Below are positions 1-14,200 of a DNA stretch of 63,894 nucleotides, one piece after another; position 1 is the first letter of the stretch; the number at the start of each line of letters is the position of its first letter. The notes beneath the pieces were generated by a model. That model worked only from the letters and a program-made list of their open reading frames with translations, searched no databases and was not told the origin of the DNA. The translations under genes were made by a program, and so were the position numbers. Origin of the DNA: Microthyrium microscopicum (Eukaryota); assembly GCA_010405405.1 (NCBI GenBank), contig MU004240.1, forward strand, positions 10,337 through 74,230, written 5' to 3'.

Positions 1-1264
1 ATTTTATAACTTACTTATACTATTTATATTATTCCTAATATAGTACTTATACTTCCTAAGGATATAAGGTACTACGTAGAATTATCTCTATATATAATAA
101 TAATAAAGCTATAATAATATTAGAAAGTCTTTATATAGCCTAGTTTAATTAAAGATTATAGTAGAAAATTATAGTAGTTAGCTTTAGTTTTTAGGTAACC
201 TTCCTTCTAATTACTAACTTACTAGTATTTAGTTTAGATAGTATTTAAATAATATACTAGTTTTTAACTAACTTTCCCTTATATTATAAAATATAAGCTT
301 TTCTAATATATAGAATAACTTAATTGCTATATCCTAGTCTAAAGTATAACTACTATATAAGTATAATAGGTTATATAGAACTATAGCCTTAGGAGAGCAT
401 TATTAAAAAAATAGATAAAGGAAAAATAAGATTAGACTTAAAAAGTATACTAGAATTACTCTATTATAACTAGTAAGCCTATCTATAAGATAAAATCTCT
501 AAATAAGGAGGTAATTAGTTGTTATTAATAAGCCTACTATAGATAGTAGTCTATAGTAAGTTATAACTAATAAAGGATAGTAATATTATTTATATTCTAT
601 ATATAATATTTCTAGGTAGTAAGTAGTTATAGTATTTAGTATAACTAAAATACTAATTAATTAATAGTTAAAAACTATCTATATTGCTATAGATTAACCT
701 AGTGCAATATAATATATTAATATAAAATATATTAACGTTAAAGATATTAAAACTTTTTTTTAAAAGAAAAAAATTAATATAAAAAATACCTTACTATTTT
801 AATTTTTTCTAGAAAGCATATTAGAGAAAAATAACTAATAAAGTATAATAAGATATCTCTAATAATAAATATTAAAGTATAAATAGTTATAAAGATTATT
901 ATAATATTATTACTTTAAAAGAGTCCTAATATTAATTAAGATTTACTAAGATACTTCTATAGTAATTTTACTAAGTATTAGTATAAATATACTACTTAAT
1001 AAGCTTTATTATAAAAAGCTCTACTTACCTAAGTAATATATAGTATTAAATAATACTACTTAGTAATAGAAAGGCTTTATAGCTATCCTAGCTAGTTAAT
1101 ATCTATATATTTAAAAAACTAGATTAGGTTATAAAGATAAGTTAGACTAGTAATCTCTACTAGTTTTAGCTACCTTAAAGCTAAGTAATTATTAAATAGT
1201 ACTTTAAAAAGTAACTATAAGTTATTCTTTTTATTTTATTAAAATAAATATATATAATAAGTAA

Positions 1265-1470
1265 AATAATATCTTAATTCCTTATATAAAGTATCTCTTT
1301 ATAAAGGGTAAATACTTTAACGTATTCTAATAAATAATATCTTAATTCTTTATATAAGGTATCTCCCTATAAAGGGTAGATACTTTAATATATTTTAATA
1401 AATAATATTTTAATCTCTTATATAAGGTATTTCTCTATTAAAGGATAGATACCTTAATATATTTTAATAA
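1265..1470 (+). repeat. Degenerate tandem repeat, 68-bp unit x3
   Basis: Unit aataatatcttaattccttatataaagtatctc...tattctaata starts at 1265, 1333 and 1401. Confidence 0.85.
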
Positions 1471-2911
1471 GTTATCTATAAAGCGTATACTATAAGAAAA
1501 ATACTAAGTATTTTACTACGAGGTATTTTACTATATATATTCTCTTAAGTAGTTTTAAGGAAGGAATAATATAGTAGGCTTTATATTTAAATTAGATAGT
1601 TATAGAAGTATACTATACTAAAGAATATAAGATTAAGAAATAGAGAGAGCTTTTTAACTAAGAAGACTTACTTTATAGTAGTAAAACGTTATTTCTAAAG
1701 TAATACTTATTACTAAATTATTAAGATTTAGTATAGTAAGACTATATAGGTATAAAACTACTATATAGTATAAGCTTAAATAATTATTATAAATTCTATA
1801 TAATTTTAGGTTATATAAAATAATAATTATTTAGCTAAATTAGCTAATTAATTTTTCTATTCTTCTATAAAAGAACTAAAAAAGTATTATTCCTCTACTT
1901 ACCTAGCTCTTAATATAGCTATAGAGTAGCTTAAAAAGACTTAGGTATATATACTACTTACTATATAAACTAGCTTAGTACTACTTAGATATAATAGCTA
2001 AATTAGAGTTATAGTTCTACTCTTCCTTAATACTAAAAAATTTTACTTTACTAAACCTTTTCTACTATAATTTTATTACCTAATTGTATTAATTATACTT
2101 AATTTAATAAGAAAAGATAAACTTATATATAATTTAGCTCTATAGAATTATTATATAGTAGTACTAACTATTTTAATACTAATCTTATACTATTTTCTTA
2201 CTTTTTTTATATTTTCTATAGTATAGTGTTTTATAATAATAGGCTAGCCTCTTAGATATTTAAGTATAGATACATTTTATAAGATAATTAGTATTTATAA
2301 AGAATACTTATATATTTAGCGTTAGTAATTCTACTAATTAGTAAGCTAAATAGTATATATAATAGTTTAGTATATAAGTTAAGAAATATAGGCCTACTAA
2401 AACGTAACTTTACCTTATATAATATATATAAAGAAGTCTAAAATACTCTATATTAACGTCTTAAAGCTTATATAATTATATTAAAAGCTAAATATTACTT
2501 TTAAGGATGCAAATTAGTAGTAAAGGAGTATTAAAAGACGTTACTACTAAAGGGACAGAAGTCTTTAGTAACTTAGACTTACTAAAAGTTAGTAAGGTAG
2601 TTATAAGTAAAAAAAACAACGTACTAGAATAATATTATTTAGTAAAGGATTACGCCCTTCTTATTACTAAGATATAATACCTAACCTAAAGGAATAATAT
2701 ATACGAAAGAGATAATACTACTAAAAAGATATTATAACTAAGGCTTACCTATAAAGTAATTTAGTAAGAAACTACTACTACTAAGCTTTACTAAACTTTA
2801 CTATAGTTACAAATCCCTAACTATGCTTTTATCCTTTTAAGGGAGGAGCCCTATAGTATTTACCTTAATTAAAACCTTTATATAGTATTATTTTATTTAT
2901 TAAAGCTATTT

Positions 2912-3880
2912 TAAGAGAGATATTACAAGTATAGTCTTCTTAAAGAATATTCTCTTACTAAATTTAGTAAGCTTTCCTATAAACTAATATTTTTACTTAT
3001 AATACATCCCTATAACTATACTAAAATCTATGTATAACTTAAAGAATATTTCTTTACTTAGTAAGCTTCTCTACGAACTAATATCTTTTACTTATAATAC
3101 GTTTCTATAACTATACTAAAATCTATATATAGTTTAAAGAATATTTCCTTACTTAGTAAGCTTCTCTATAAACTAATATCTTTATTTATAATACGTTCTT
3201 ATAACTATACTAAAATCTATATATAGCTTAAAGAATATTTCTTTACTTAGTAAGCTTCTCTATAAACTAATATTTTTGCTTATAATACGTCTCTATAACT
3301 ATACTAAAATCTATATATAGCTTAAAGAATATTCTCTTACTTAGTAAGCTTCTCTATAAACTAATATCTTTATTTATAATACGTTTCTATAACTATACTA
3401 AAATCTATATATAGCTTAAAGAATATTTCCTTACTTAGTAAGCTTCTCTATAAACTAATATCTTTACTTATAATATATTTCTATAACTATACTAAAATCT
3501 ATATATAGCTTAAAGAATATTTTCTTACTAAATCTAGTAAGCTTCCTTATAAATTAATATCTTTACCTATAATATATTCTTATAACTATACTAAAATCTA
3601 TATATAGCCTATCTAAGGGAAGATATTATAAGTATAGTCCTCCTAAAGAATATTCTTATACTAAATTTAGTAAGCTTCCTTATGAATTAATATCTTTACT
3701 TATAATATATACTTATAACTATACTAAAATCTACGTATAGCCTGCCTTAAGAGAAATATTATAAGTAAGTAGTCCTTATAAAGAATATTCCCTTACTAAA
3801 TTTAGTAAGCTTCTTTATAAATTAATATCTTTTACTTAAAATATAACTCTATAACTATACTAAAACCTACGTATAGCTTA
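2912..3880 (+). repeat. Degenerate tandem array, 9 copies; ~94-bp core with 99- and 133-135-bp variants
   Basis: The aaagaatatt anchor recurs at 2942, 3041, 3136, 3230, 3324, 3418, 3512, 3645 and 3780. Confidence 0.9.
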
Positions 3881-6800
3881 CTAGACCCTTCTAAGCAAGC
3901 TATAGTATTATATAAAGGCGCTACCTTACTAAATATTAGTAATCCTATTATAAATAAAGATAATTTCTACTACTAAAATAGAAGTTTAGAAGTTTAGAAG
4001 TTCTTAAAGTAGTATAGGTTAGTAATAATATATTATAAGTTAGACGTAGTAGGTAATATTATTAAGAGCAACGTGCCTCTTTAGGCTTACTATTAGATTA
4101 AATACTAATCTAATCTAAATATTAATTATTTAGTTATACTTATAATATTTATATTATAAGCTATAGTAGCAAGTTAAGCTAATTTATAAATCTCTATATA
4201 TTTACCCTATTAAATATTAGATTTACTTATTTTGCTTAGGACTTTTATACCTACTTCTATTAAATTCTATCTATTCTAAATTAATAGTTTATCTTATTTT
4301 ATAATTCTATATCTTTTAGCTTACTTGCATCTTAATTTAAATATTATTTATTATATAAGATATTTACCTAATACTTTTTAAATCTTAGATGCCCTTCTCT
4401 TAGTAAGTATATAAGCTATATTAAATCTCCTATACTTATTTAATATTTAATAATAGTAGTTAGAATAGAATAGTATTCTCTATATTACTTAGGTCTATTA
4501 CCTTTATTTAAAGAAAGAACTTTATAGATAGTATATTTACTTTACCTTAATTATTATAAGTATAGTTATTACTAGTTATTTATCTAAGTACTAGTAGATA
4601 TAGGTTTTTCTTTAGTTTATTAGCTTTAGCTCTTATTTACTTACTTATTCTCTATAGGCCTTAGTTCTTATAGTACTTATAATTTTTTATAATCTCTTCT
4701 ATAAAGGTCTATTAAGATACTACTTTATTCTAGTGTAGAGATTTCTTTAGCTAGACTATAACTAATTTATATATATATTTATTCTAGTTATTTTTTATTT
4801 AGAAGTATCTTCTTCTTACGTAGTGCTTTCCTTATATTAATAAGATAGTTATAGGTAACTACTTATATAAAGTTTACTTTAAGGGTTTTACTTTTAAGTA
4901 GTAAATCTCTAGTACTTTTATTATTACCTTATATAGAGCCTTTATTAGTATATTTTTAGTATCCTATAAGCTATTATTTATATATTTAATAAATTATTCT
5001 ATATCTAATTTTTATATATTATATTATACTTTTAGTATATACTTTTCTTATTCTAAAGTAAGCTAGATTAGTACTAGGATATAATCTTCTATTAGTACCT
5101 AGGTATTAATTAAGCTATAGAACTCTAGTCTTTTTTAAAGAAATTAGAATATAAATATAAGATTAATTATTATCTTTACTATTCCTACTTCTTTTCTTTT
5201 ATATAATCTATAAGTTAGCTCTTTTTTTAATATACCTAGGTAGAGTTTCTATTAGATTATATTATAAAGTAAGGTATTTACTTAAAGTTTAGTAGCTAAT
5301 ACTATACCTTTCTATTAATAGTAGTAGTAGTTAAAGTCTCTTACTAATAGAATCTCTTCTTTTACCTTATTAATTACTTTTATTAGTATTAAGCATTTAG
5401 TAATATAGTTATAGTTACTTACTACTAGGCCTTTACTATATATATTAATAATTATTAGTATTATATATCTACGCTAAAGGTGTAGTATTAAGATAAATTA
5501 GTTATAATATCTTACTTATTAGTCTTCTATATTAAGTGCTTTACTTATTATAAAGTATACTTTTAATTAATTATTTTAGTTATATACTAGAGCGTAGCTA
5601 GAAGAGTAGTACGTCCTTCTTAGCTTTATAATTCCTCTAAGGTCTTAGACTACTATAATTAGTTACTTAGTATTATTTAGTAAATTAAAGAATAGCCTTA
5701 CTTTCTTCCTATTTAACCTCCTATAGTTATATTATATAATATTAATACTATTTATCTAAGTCTATTATTTAGATTCTACTTATTTTATTACTAGAGATTA
5801 GTCTAGAGTTATTTATAGCCTATTCTACTCTTCTATAGTTATTCTCCTATTATTTTTCTAAGGTACTATCTTTTATAGTTTATAAGCTATTATTACCTCT
5901 ATTAAAATTAAATATACTTATAATTAATTTTTAAGTATCCTAGACTAGGTTATTACGTATCTTATTCTCTATTTCTTATAACGCTAATAGCCTTCTAAGG
6001 TTCTTAGTCTTTACTTTTCTTTTTTTTATACTATTTACTATAATATATTTATTATTATTTATAAGCTAGATTAGTATAATTTAGATAGGCGACATAACTC
6101 TTATCTATTCTATATATTTTTTATTTGCTACTTAGAATTCCTTTATACTCTTAAAGTAAGTTTAGTATACTTTATATATATTCTTCTACTATATATAGTA
6201 TTCTTAGCTTTACTTTTTCTCTTTCCTTCTTCCTCTTTTATTATCTTTATAATTAGAGTATTAGACTAAGCTTATTCTAGTATAGTTCCTAGTATTATAA
6301 TTACTTATATATTTATTATAGTTTAGTTTATATTAGGTATAAGCTATTTATATATAGTCTTAAACTTAGTAGTAGAAGTACTATTTAGTAGTATACTTTA
6401 AGTTATATAATCTAGTAAAGAGCTTCTCTACCCTAATAATAAACTTCTTCTAAATAATCTTATTCCTTATTACTATTATTAAATAGAATAGTATAAGTAA
6501 TTCCTTAGTATATACTTTCTTATACTTTTCTAGTTCTTCTTTTACTTATTTATATTCTATACTTCTATAGAGCTATTAAACTATTCCTATCTTTAGGTAT
6601 TTAAACCTTATTTTATTTCTATTAACTAGTTCTTTAATTAGTTTATTATTATTTATATTTTTACTATAAGCTACATCTAGTTTAAGTAGAGCTCCTAAGA
6701 TTTCTACTAGATAGTCTTATTATAAAACCTAGACCTTATCTAAGCCTACTTAGTATAGCCTATTTTAGATATAGTCCTTATTTAATTATATATTAACTAT

Positions 6801-7062
6801 AACGTTAATATTTTTACTAGGTAGTAGCCTAATAGCTATTACTTATAAGATAGTTTTCTTAATCTTTTTAAATAGCTTTATTTTATCTTACTTATCTTCT
6901 TCTAATATATTTTTAACTACTTTTATAATATTAATTTAGACTATTAAGCTTATAAAGAGGGCCTTTTAGTTAGAGATTAGTAGATTAAGTCCTTTTATAA
7001 CCTTCGTCTAGAAGTTAGAAGTTATTTTAATCTTAGTAATTTACTTTATAATTATATTAAGT

Positions 7063-7512
7063 NNNNNNNNNNNNNNNNNNNNNNNNNNNNNNNNNNNNNN
7101 NNNNNNNNNNNNNNNNNNNNNNNNNNNNNNNNNNNNNNNNNNNNNNNNNNNNNNNNNNNNNNNNNNNNNNNNNNNNNNNNNNNNNNNNNNNNNNNNNNNN
7201 NNNNNNNNNNNNNNNNNNNNNNNNNNNNNNNNNNNNNNNNNNNNNNNNNNNNNNNNNNNNNNNNNNNNNNNNNNNNNNNNNNNNNNNNNNNNNNNNNNNN
7301 NNNNNNNNNNNNNNNNNNNNNNNNNNNNNNNNNNNNNNNNNNNNNNNNNNNNNNNNNNNNNNNNNNNNNNNNNNNNNNNNNNNNNNNNNNNNNNNNNNNN
7401 NNNNNNNNNNNNNNNNNNNNNNNNNNNNNNNNNNNNNNNNNNNNNNNNNNNNNNNNNNNNNNNNNNNNNNNNNNNNNNNNNNNNNNNNNNNNNNNNNNNN
7501 NNNNNNNNNNNN
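7063..7512. other. Assembly gap (450 N)
   Basis: Run of n characters. Confidence 1.
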
Positions 7513-10500
7513 TATACCTAGTTCTAAACTATAATTATTAAGATAAATTATATTATAATAAAAGATATAAATATTAAAGTTAGATATATTAGTATAAAGT
7601 TAAAAAGATTTTAAAGTTATAATATAATATTAAGTATTATATACTAATAATTAAGTCTTATTATAAGCTATTTAATTAGATTAATATTTTTATATAACTT
7701 AAAATATTATTTAAGAACGTTTTATATTATTTAAAAATAGTTAAGTATATCTTAGTTTATTTATTTAGAGTAAAACCTTAAATCTAGCCTTACTTAAATA
7801 CTACTAGCTTTATAACTTATTATTATACCTTTTACCTTTATAATTTAGTTTTATTCTATAGATAATATATAGGTACTTATAATTATTTTCTTTTTTATTA
7901 TAGATATAATAATTATAAGGTAAGATTAATAATAAGCTTTAGAGTATATCTTTAAATATTAAGTTACTTATTAAGCTAAAGCAAGCTATTAATATATTAG
8001 TAAGAGTAATAGTACTACTAGTTTCTAATATAAGGCTCTAAGTAATTATAATTAGAGTAGATCTATAAAATAGTTTAACTTATAGACTAATATAAACTAG
8101 CTAGTATTTAAATATACAACGTACTATTATTTTATTCTAAAGGAAAGAGATTTTAGAAATTCTTTTTTAACTTTATAATATTAACTTCTAAAAGTATTAC
8201 TACTTAGTAGTAATTTAAGACATTCTAATTATAAGCTAGTAAAGAACTTTACTATATTATTAAATAGCTTATATTTATTATATTATTTAAGATATAATCT
8301 ATAGCTTAGCTTTATTACTACTAGATATAGTTAGCTAAAATAAAAAATATTTAACTAGGATATAATCTACTAATATAGCTTATATACTACTATACTAATT
8401 AGGCTTTATAGATAAAGATAAAATAAGCTAAAAATAAAGATTACCTAATCTAAATTTATAAGTATAGTATAGTTAGTTATAGATTGCTTATTCTATTTAT
8501 AGTTAAGAAGTATATTATTACTTATACTCTAAAAGTACTTATAGAGTTATAGAATCTAGTAATAACTTATAAGTATATAAGCCTACTAGTAAGTAGTAAC
8601 GTAGTATTAAAAATAATAAAAATTTTCTAAGTCTAGTTTTAAAAGATTAAATAAGAATTATTATTTATCTATTTTTAGATAAATAATATATATCTTATAA
8701 GAAATTATTATTAAGGTTATTAGTTAAACTAAATCCTTTTAAATAGCTATATTTTAAATTTCTACTCTTTTAATTACTATCTTATATTATTTAGTCTTCT
8801 ATAACTTCTATTTTTTCTTACTAATAATAAAGTAAGTAATTTACTAAGATATAAATTTATTAAAGTCCTTCTTAGCCTTTCTAGTCTTTATAATATTAGG
8901 ACATAGCTTAGGTACTAATTACTTATTATTTTTATAAAATAAGTAAGTCTTATAATATCCTTTTATAATATAATTTATATAAGCTTTCTTAAATAAAACG
9001 CTTTTATCCTTAACTTTTATAATTATATAAATAATATATACTAATATTAGTTTTTTACTATTCTTTATTTAAAATAAACTAAGACTTTAAATTTTAGAGT
9101 AATACTAATAAAAATATTTAATCTAATCTATAGTAAGGTAATATACTATTATAATATATAGTAAAAGTAGTATCTTTAGAATATTTATAAGCTAAGAAGT
9201 AGAACATTTATACTATTATAGACTTCGTACTAATTAATATTTAAAAAGTACTTAAAGTATTATTAGATTAGTATTATTAGGAATCTATTTTTAAAGTAAG
9301 TAAAAGAGTAGTTATATAACTTAAATATTAGTAGTTTTAGTATAGTTATTAAAAATAGATACTTTTATATTACTAAATATATATTACTTCTCTAAGAATT
9401 ATAGAACTAGGACCTAAAAGTCTACTTTTAGTATTAACTTCTTACTTATAGATAATTTAGAAAATAGTAATAGCTTTTTAATTATAATTTAAGTTAAAGA
9501 AGTTATTAAACTTTTAGGTAATATTATAGTCTTTATATTATTTCGTAACGAAGTTATAGAACCTATATTAGTTATATTATCTTAAGTACTTTAATATATA
9601 CGTACTTAACTATAAGTAGTTTTTTCTATAATAAGTTCTAAGTTACTTACTTAACGTTTTTAACGTATCTTTTTCTACTATTTTACTATTTCTACTTTAC
9701 TACTAGCTATATAGTACTTTTCCTACTAAATCTATAAATTTCTTTTATAAGTGCTATATAAAAGTATTATATTATTATAATAGCAAGTTACTATAGTTAC
9801 TAGTAATTCTTTATAATCTAAAGTTAGTTATACTTCTTCTCTTTTTAAAAGAAGAATAAATCTATATTTAAAACCTCTTTCTATTATAGTAATATTCTCT
9901 TTACTACAAACTAGTATTAATAGATAATTATAATTATAATAGCTTTTATCCTTTTTAACTAATTATTTAATAGAAGTAAAAGCCTAATTTTTATTACTTT
10001 ATATAAATAACGTAGTAAGTTAATTTGCTATTTTACTAGTAAGAGTAATTATAGCTAGCTAGGCCTAGTTAGGCTTTAAAGAGTTTATAGTAATTATACT
10101 AATATTTCTTAATAAGGATAATTTTTATTATAAAATTAGGAATTAATAGAAGGTAGAAATATCTATAATAATTAGACTAGAGTAATTTAATAGCTTATTA
10201 AACGTACTTAGTTTAAATTTATAGACTACTTAATTAAAGTAGCTTATTAAGTAAATTCTAGTAATAAGAATTTATCTAAATTTAGGGTTATTAGGTCTTT
10301 AGTAGAGCTTTTAAGTATTTTTAGTATACTTAAAGTAATTATAATATACTTAGTATTAGAGCTTATAAATATATACTTTAAAGCTATTATTATAAGTTTT
10401 AGTAAAAGAAATTATATTTTATAGTTATTTAAAGTATTCTTTAAATATAAAAATATAAAGAAAAAGAAGAAGAAGTAGAAAAGTTAATAAATTAAGAGAT

Positions 10501-10849
10501 TAAATAAATTATAACTATAAGCTTTTACTATTAAGCCTAAAATTACTTTATTATAAAAGGTTACTACTTTACTTAATTACTAAAGCTTTAGCCTTTAAGG
10601 CTTTAGAGCTTTAAAGCGCTTAGTTAGTTTAGTTCTTCCTTACTATATATAGTATCTTACAATTATTACTATCTTACCTACTTTATTAGTAAATTACTAA
10701 CTACTATATTATAATAGATATATCCTAAAGAAATAAAGACGTCTAAATATATAGTTAATATCTAATAGTATTCTAAATAACTAGCGCTAATAATATCTAA
10801 GCCCTTCTAAATTACGTAGTCTTAGTTTTATAAATACTATAACTATTAG

Positions 10850-11200
10850 CATAAAGAATACTATTTTATTATTAGAATAAGTAATAAGAAGAATAATATA
10901 CTTATTATAAAGAATAGAAAATATAGTAGATATTTTATAAGCGTAAAGAATATTACTTTATTAATAAGACGAATAATAAGTAGTATAATATATTTTTTTT
11001 AGAAGGTAAGATATATAATAAATATTTCTATAACGTAAAGAGTATTACTTTATTAATAAGACGAATAATAAGAAATATAATACGCTTATTTTAAAAGGCA
11101 AGATATCTAATAGATATTTCTATAACGTAAAGAGTATTATATTATTAGTAAAATAGATAATAAGAAGCATAATACGCTTATTTTAAAGAGTAAGAAACGC
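10850..11200 (+). repeat. Degenerate tandem repeat, 92-bp unit, ~3.7 copies
   Basis: The cgtaaag anchor occurs at 10942, 11034 and 11126 with a collinear shared sequence after it. Confidence 0.8.
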
Positions 11201-14200
11201 TTTATAATTCTTTCTAAAGCTATATAGAGTTTATATTTTTATAATAATATATTATTATAGTTATTAGCTTACTAAATATACTTATAGTAGTTATTATAGG
11301 CTAGTTAGTAGTTCCTATTAGCTAAGGAAAAAATAGTATAAAAGGTAGTAGTATTTAAATTAGATAAATATTTTAAGGGCGTAAAGAAAATAGTAGAAGT
11401 ACTAGTAAAGGTATAGAATTTAAATATTAGTATAAGAAATAAAAAAGGTAATTTATAAAATAAAAGATAGAAAATATAAAGGTAAAGACTAGTAAGAATT
11501 AGAAGTTAATATAGTATTAAAAATTAATAAGTTAGGAACTAGATAAGATATAAACTATATAATTAGAACTAAGGTAAATAATTAGCTTAGAAGTAATAAT
11601 ATTATCTAAGATCTTAAAAGATTATTATATAACTCTATTTATCTAATTAGATTTAGTAAGATTAATATTAGTATATAGATTTCTTACTATAACCTTCTAA
11701 ATTCTAGTAACTACTACTTCTTAATTCTTATACTAGTATTTATATAATATAAAATATTTATACTTATTTTATATACTATATTCCTATTAGCTATTATATT
11801 ATAATAAATAAGCTTACTAAATGAAACTACTATTTTATAGAAATATCTTTAATTATAAATAACTTCTTATCTAATTTACTATTAGTATAATTACGACGTA
11901 GAATATCTTTACTATAAAAAGACTAGATTACTTTACTAATTCCTTTTATAGATTAATTAAATAGAAATAAACTATCTCTTCTTTTTAGCCTACTATATAT
12001 CCCTCTAATTTACTATATATCTAATTTAGAAATACTTTATACCCTAAAATAAAAGCTTTATTATCTAGACAATTAGTATTATTATATTATATATAAGAAG
12101 CTTATTACGATATTAATTTATATATTTTTATTAGTAAAATAACGAATTTATAATAAGTACTACTCTTAATTACTAGCTAGCTACTAGCTATATATAAGAT
12201 TAATTATTAAGTTAACTATTATTTCTTATATTAATATTAACTATATTTAATTACTAGCTAGCTTATTGCTCCTTCTAGACTACTTACTAAATATTCTATT
12301 AATTTCTAAAAGTTAGTAATAATTATATAAAATATATATCTAGTAGTACTTTTATATAAAGTCTCTTTACTAAATATTTTATTAATATCTTAATACTAGT
12401 AGTAATTTTATAAAATATACTACTAGTAATAAATCTATTAAAAGCCTAATTATTAAATTCTTTATTAGTTATTAAATATTAAAGGTAATAACGCGAAATA
12501 TAAAAGTAGTAATACCTCTTATTAAAAGCTATAATTTATATACTATATTAACCTTTAAATATTAAGAATAATAATATAGAATCTATACCTAGTATTACTT
12601 ACTATCTAGAACTATTATTATAGAGAGTATCTTATCTAACTAATATTAGTAGTAATTATATAAAATCTCTTTTTAAGTAGTACTTCTTAGTAAAAGAGCT
12701 ATATTAGTTAAAATTACTTTTAGTAATTATTTATAATAACTAAATAGTAGAATTAAAGAATATAATTTATAAAGCTTATTCTTTACTCTAGTTAATATAT
12801 TATTTATCTCTATTAAGTTAATAATATCTCTTATAGTTTAATAGTTATAAATTATAGAAATCTTAGCTTTCTTTAGATAAAGATATTTTATAGTATATTT
12901 TTACGTATAAACTATATATAGTCTTATTACTATCTACTTTATATTATTATATAAAATATAACGCTTTATTAAAGTCTAAAACTATATAATTATATTAGAT
13001 AATAATATAGAAATTTAATATATTTAATAATATTATAATTATAAAGAATAATATTAGAAAGATTTAAGTTTATAAGCTAGTATTATCTTCCTTAGCTATA
13101 ACTAATAAGTAAGTAAAGCTTTTAAAGTACTACTATATAGAATCTTATTAGTTATTACTTTTTACTTATATTATTCTTAGTAACTAAACTAAAGCTAAAT
13201 CTAGAGCTACTAGATATTAATAGTAGCTAAAGCTAGTAGATATTATCTAACTATAATTATATCTAATAATTATAACTATATACTTCCTTATAAGTTAAGT
13301 ATAGCTAAAAGATTAGCTATATTAAGAAAAAGAACGTAAAATATTAATAATAAAAAGCTAGTATTAATTATTAGAACTAATCTAGGTAGTATAGTACTAT
13401 AAACCTATTCTCTATCTTTTAAAGTAAATAGATAAAGAATAACGTCTTTAAAACTATAGTATATACTATTCTATATATAGTACGTATATTAACTATTTTA
13501 ATATTTAAGAAAGTTAATATACTTTATTATTACTAGCTAGTTAATTTAGAACTAAGAATAAGAAACTACTACTAAGTAATAAAATAAGTATTAAATATAT
13601 TTTTAATTAGCTATATAGTATTTCTTACGACTATATAAAACTATAGCTTTAATAAAGATATTAATAATCTTAGTACTAGACTACTAAAAAATTTAAGAAA
13701 ATAAGTTTATTATTAGGTATAGAATACTAAACTTTCTAATTATATATATATAAAATAGGTTACTACTTCTTATAAGAAAACTATTTAGATAGAGAAAAAC
13801 TACTTAGAGTTACTATAAGCCTAAGTCCTAACTAAAGATTAATAAAATAATTTGTAATTAGAAGAATATATACTTACATTTACAATTTAGACTAAGACTT
13901 AGAAAATATAATAAGTTAAAGAGTAGTAGAAATTAATTTAAGTATACTAGTTATTATTTAATCTCTAGTAAACTAACTATCTACTTAGATTTTATATTAT
14001 TACTTATTACTAAGTAGGGAGTAAGCTATTATCCTTTAATCTAAGCGTAATATAAATAGCTATTATAGTAGAGAGCTAAAAAAGTAAGCTAATCTAACTA
14101 AAAGAACGTTACGCGTTAATATTAGCTTAATATTATATACGTATAAGTATCTTTTAATACTTTCTCTCCTAACCTAATATAAAAATAGTATAATAATATA

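Noticed and set aside
2912..3880. CRISPR-like appearance of the regular array
   Set aside because: Whole units repeat with no unique spacers; eukaryotic context, no cas genes.
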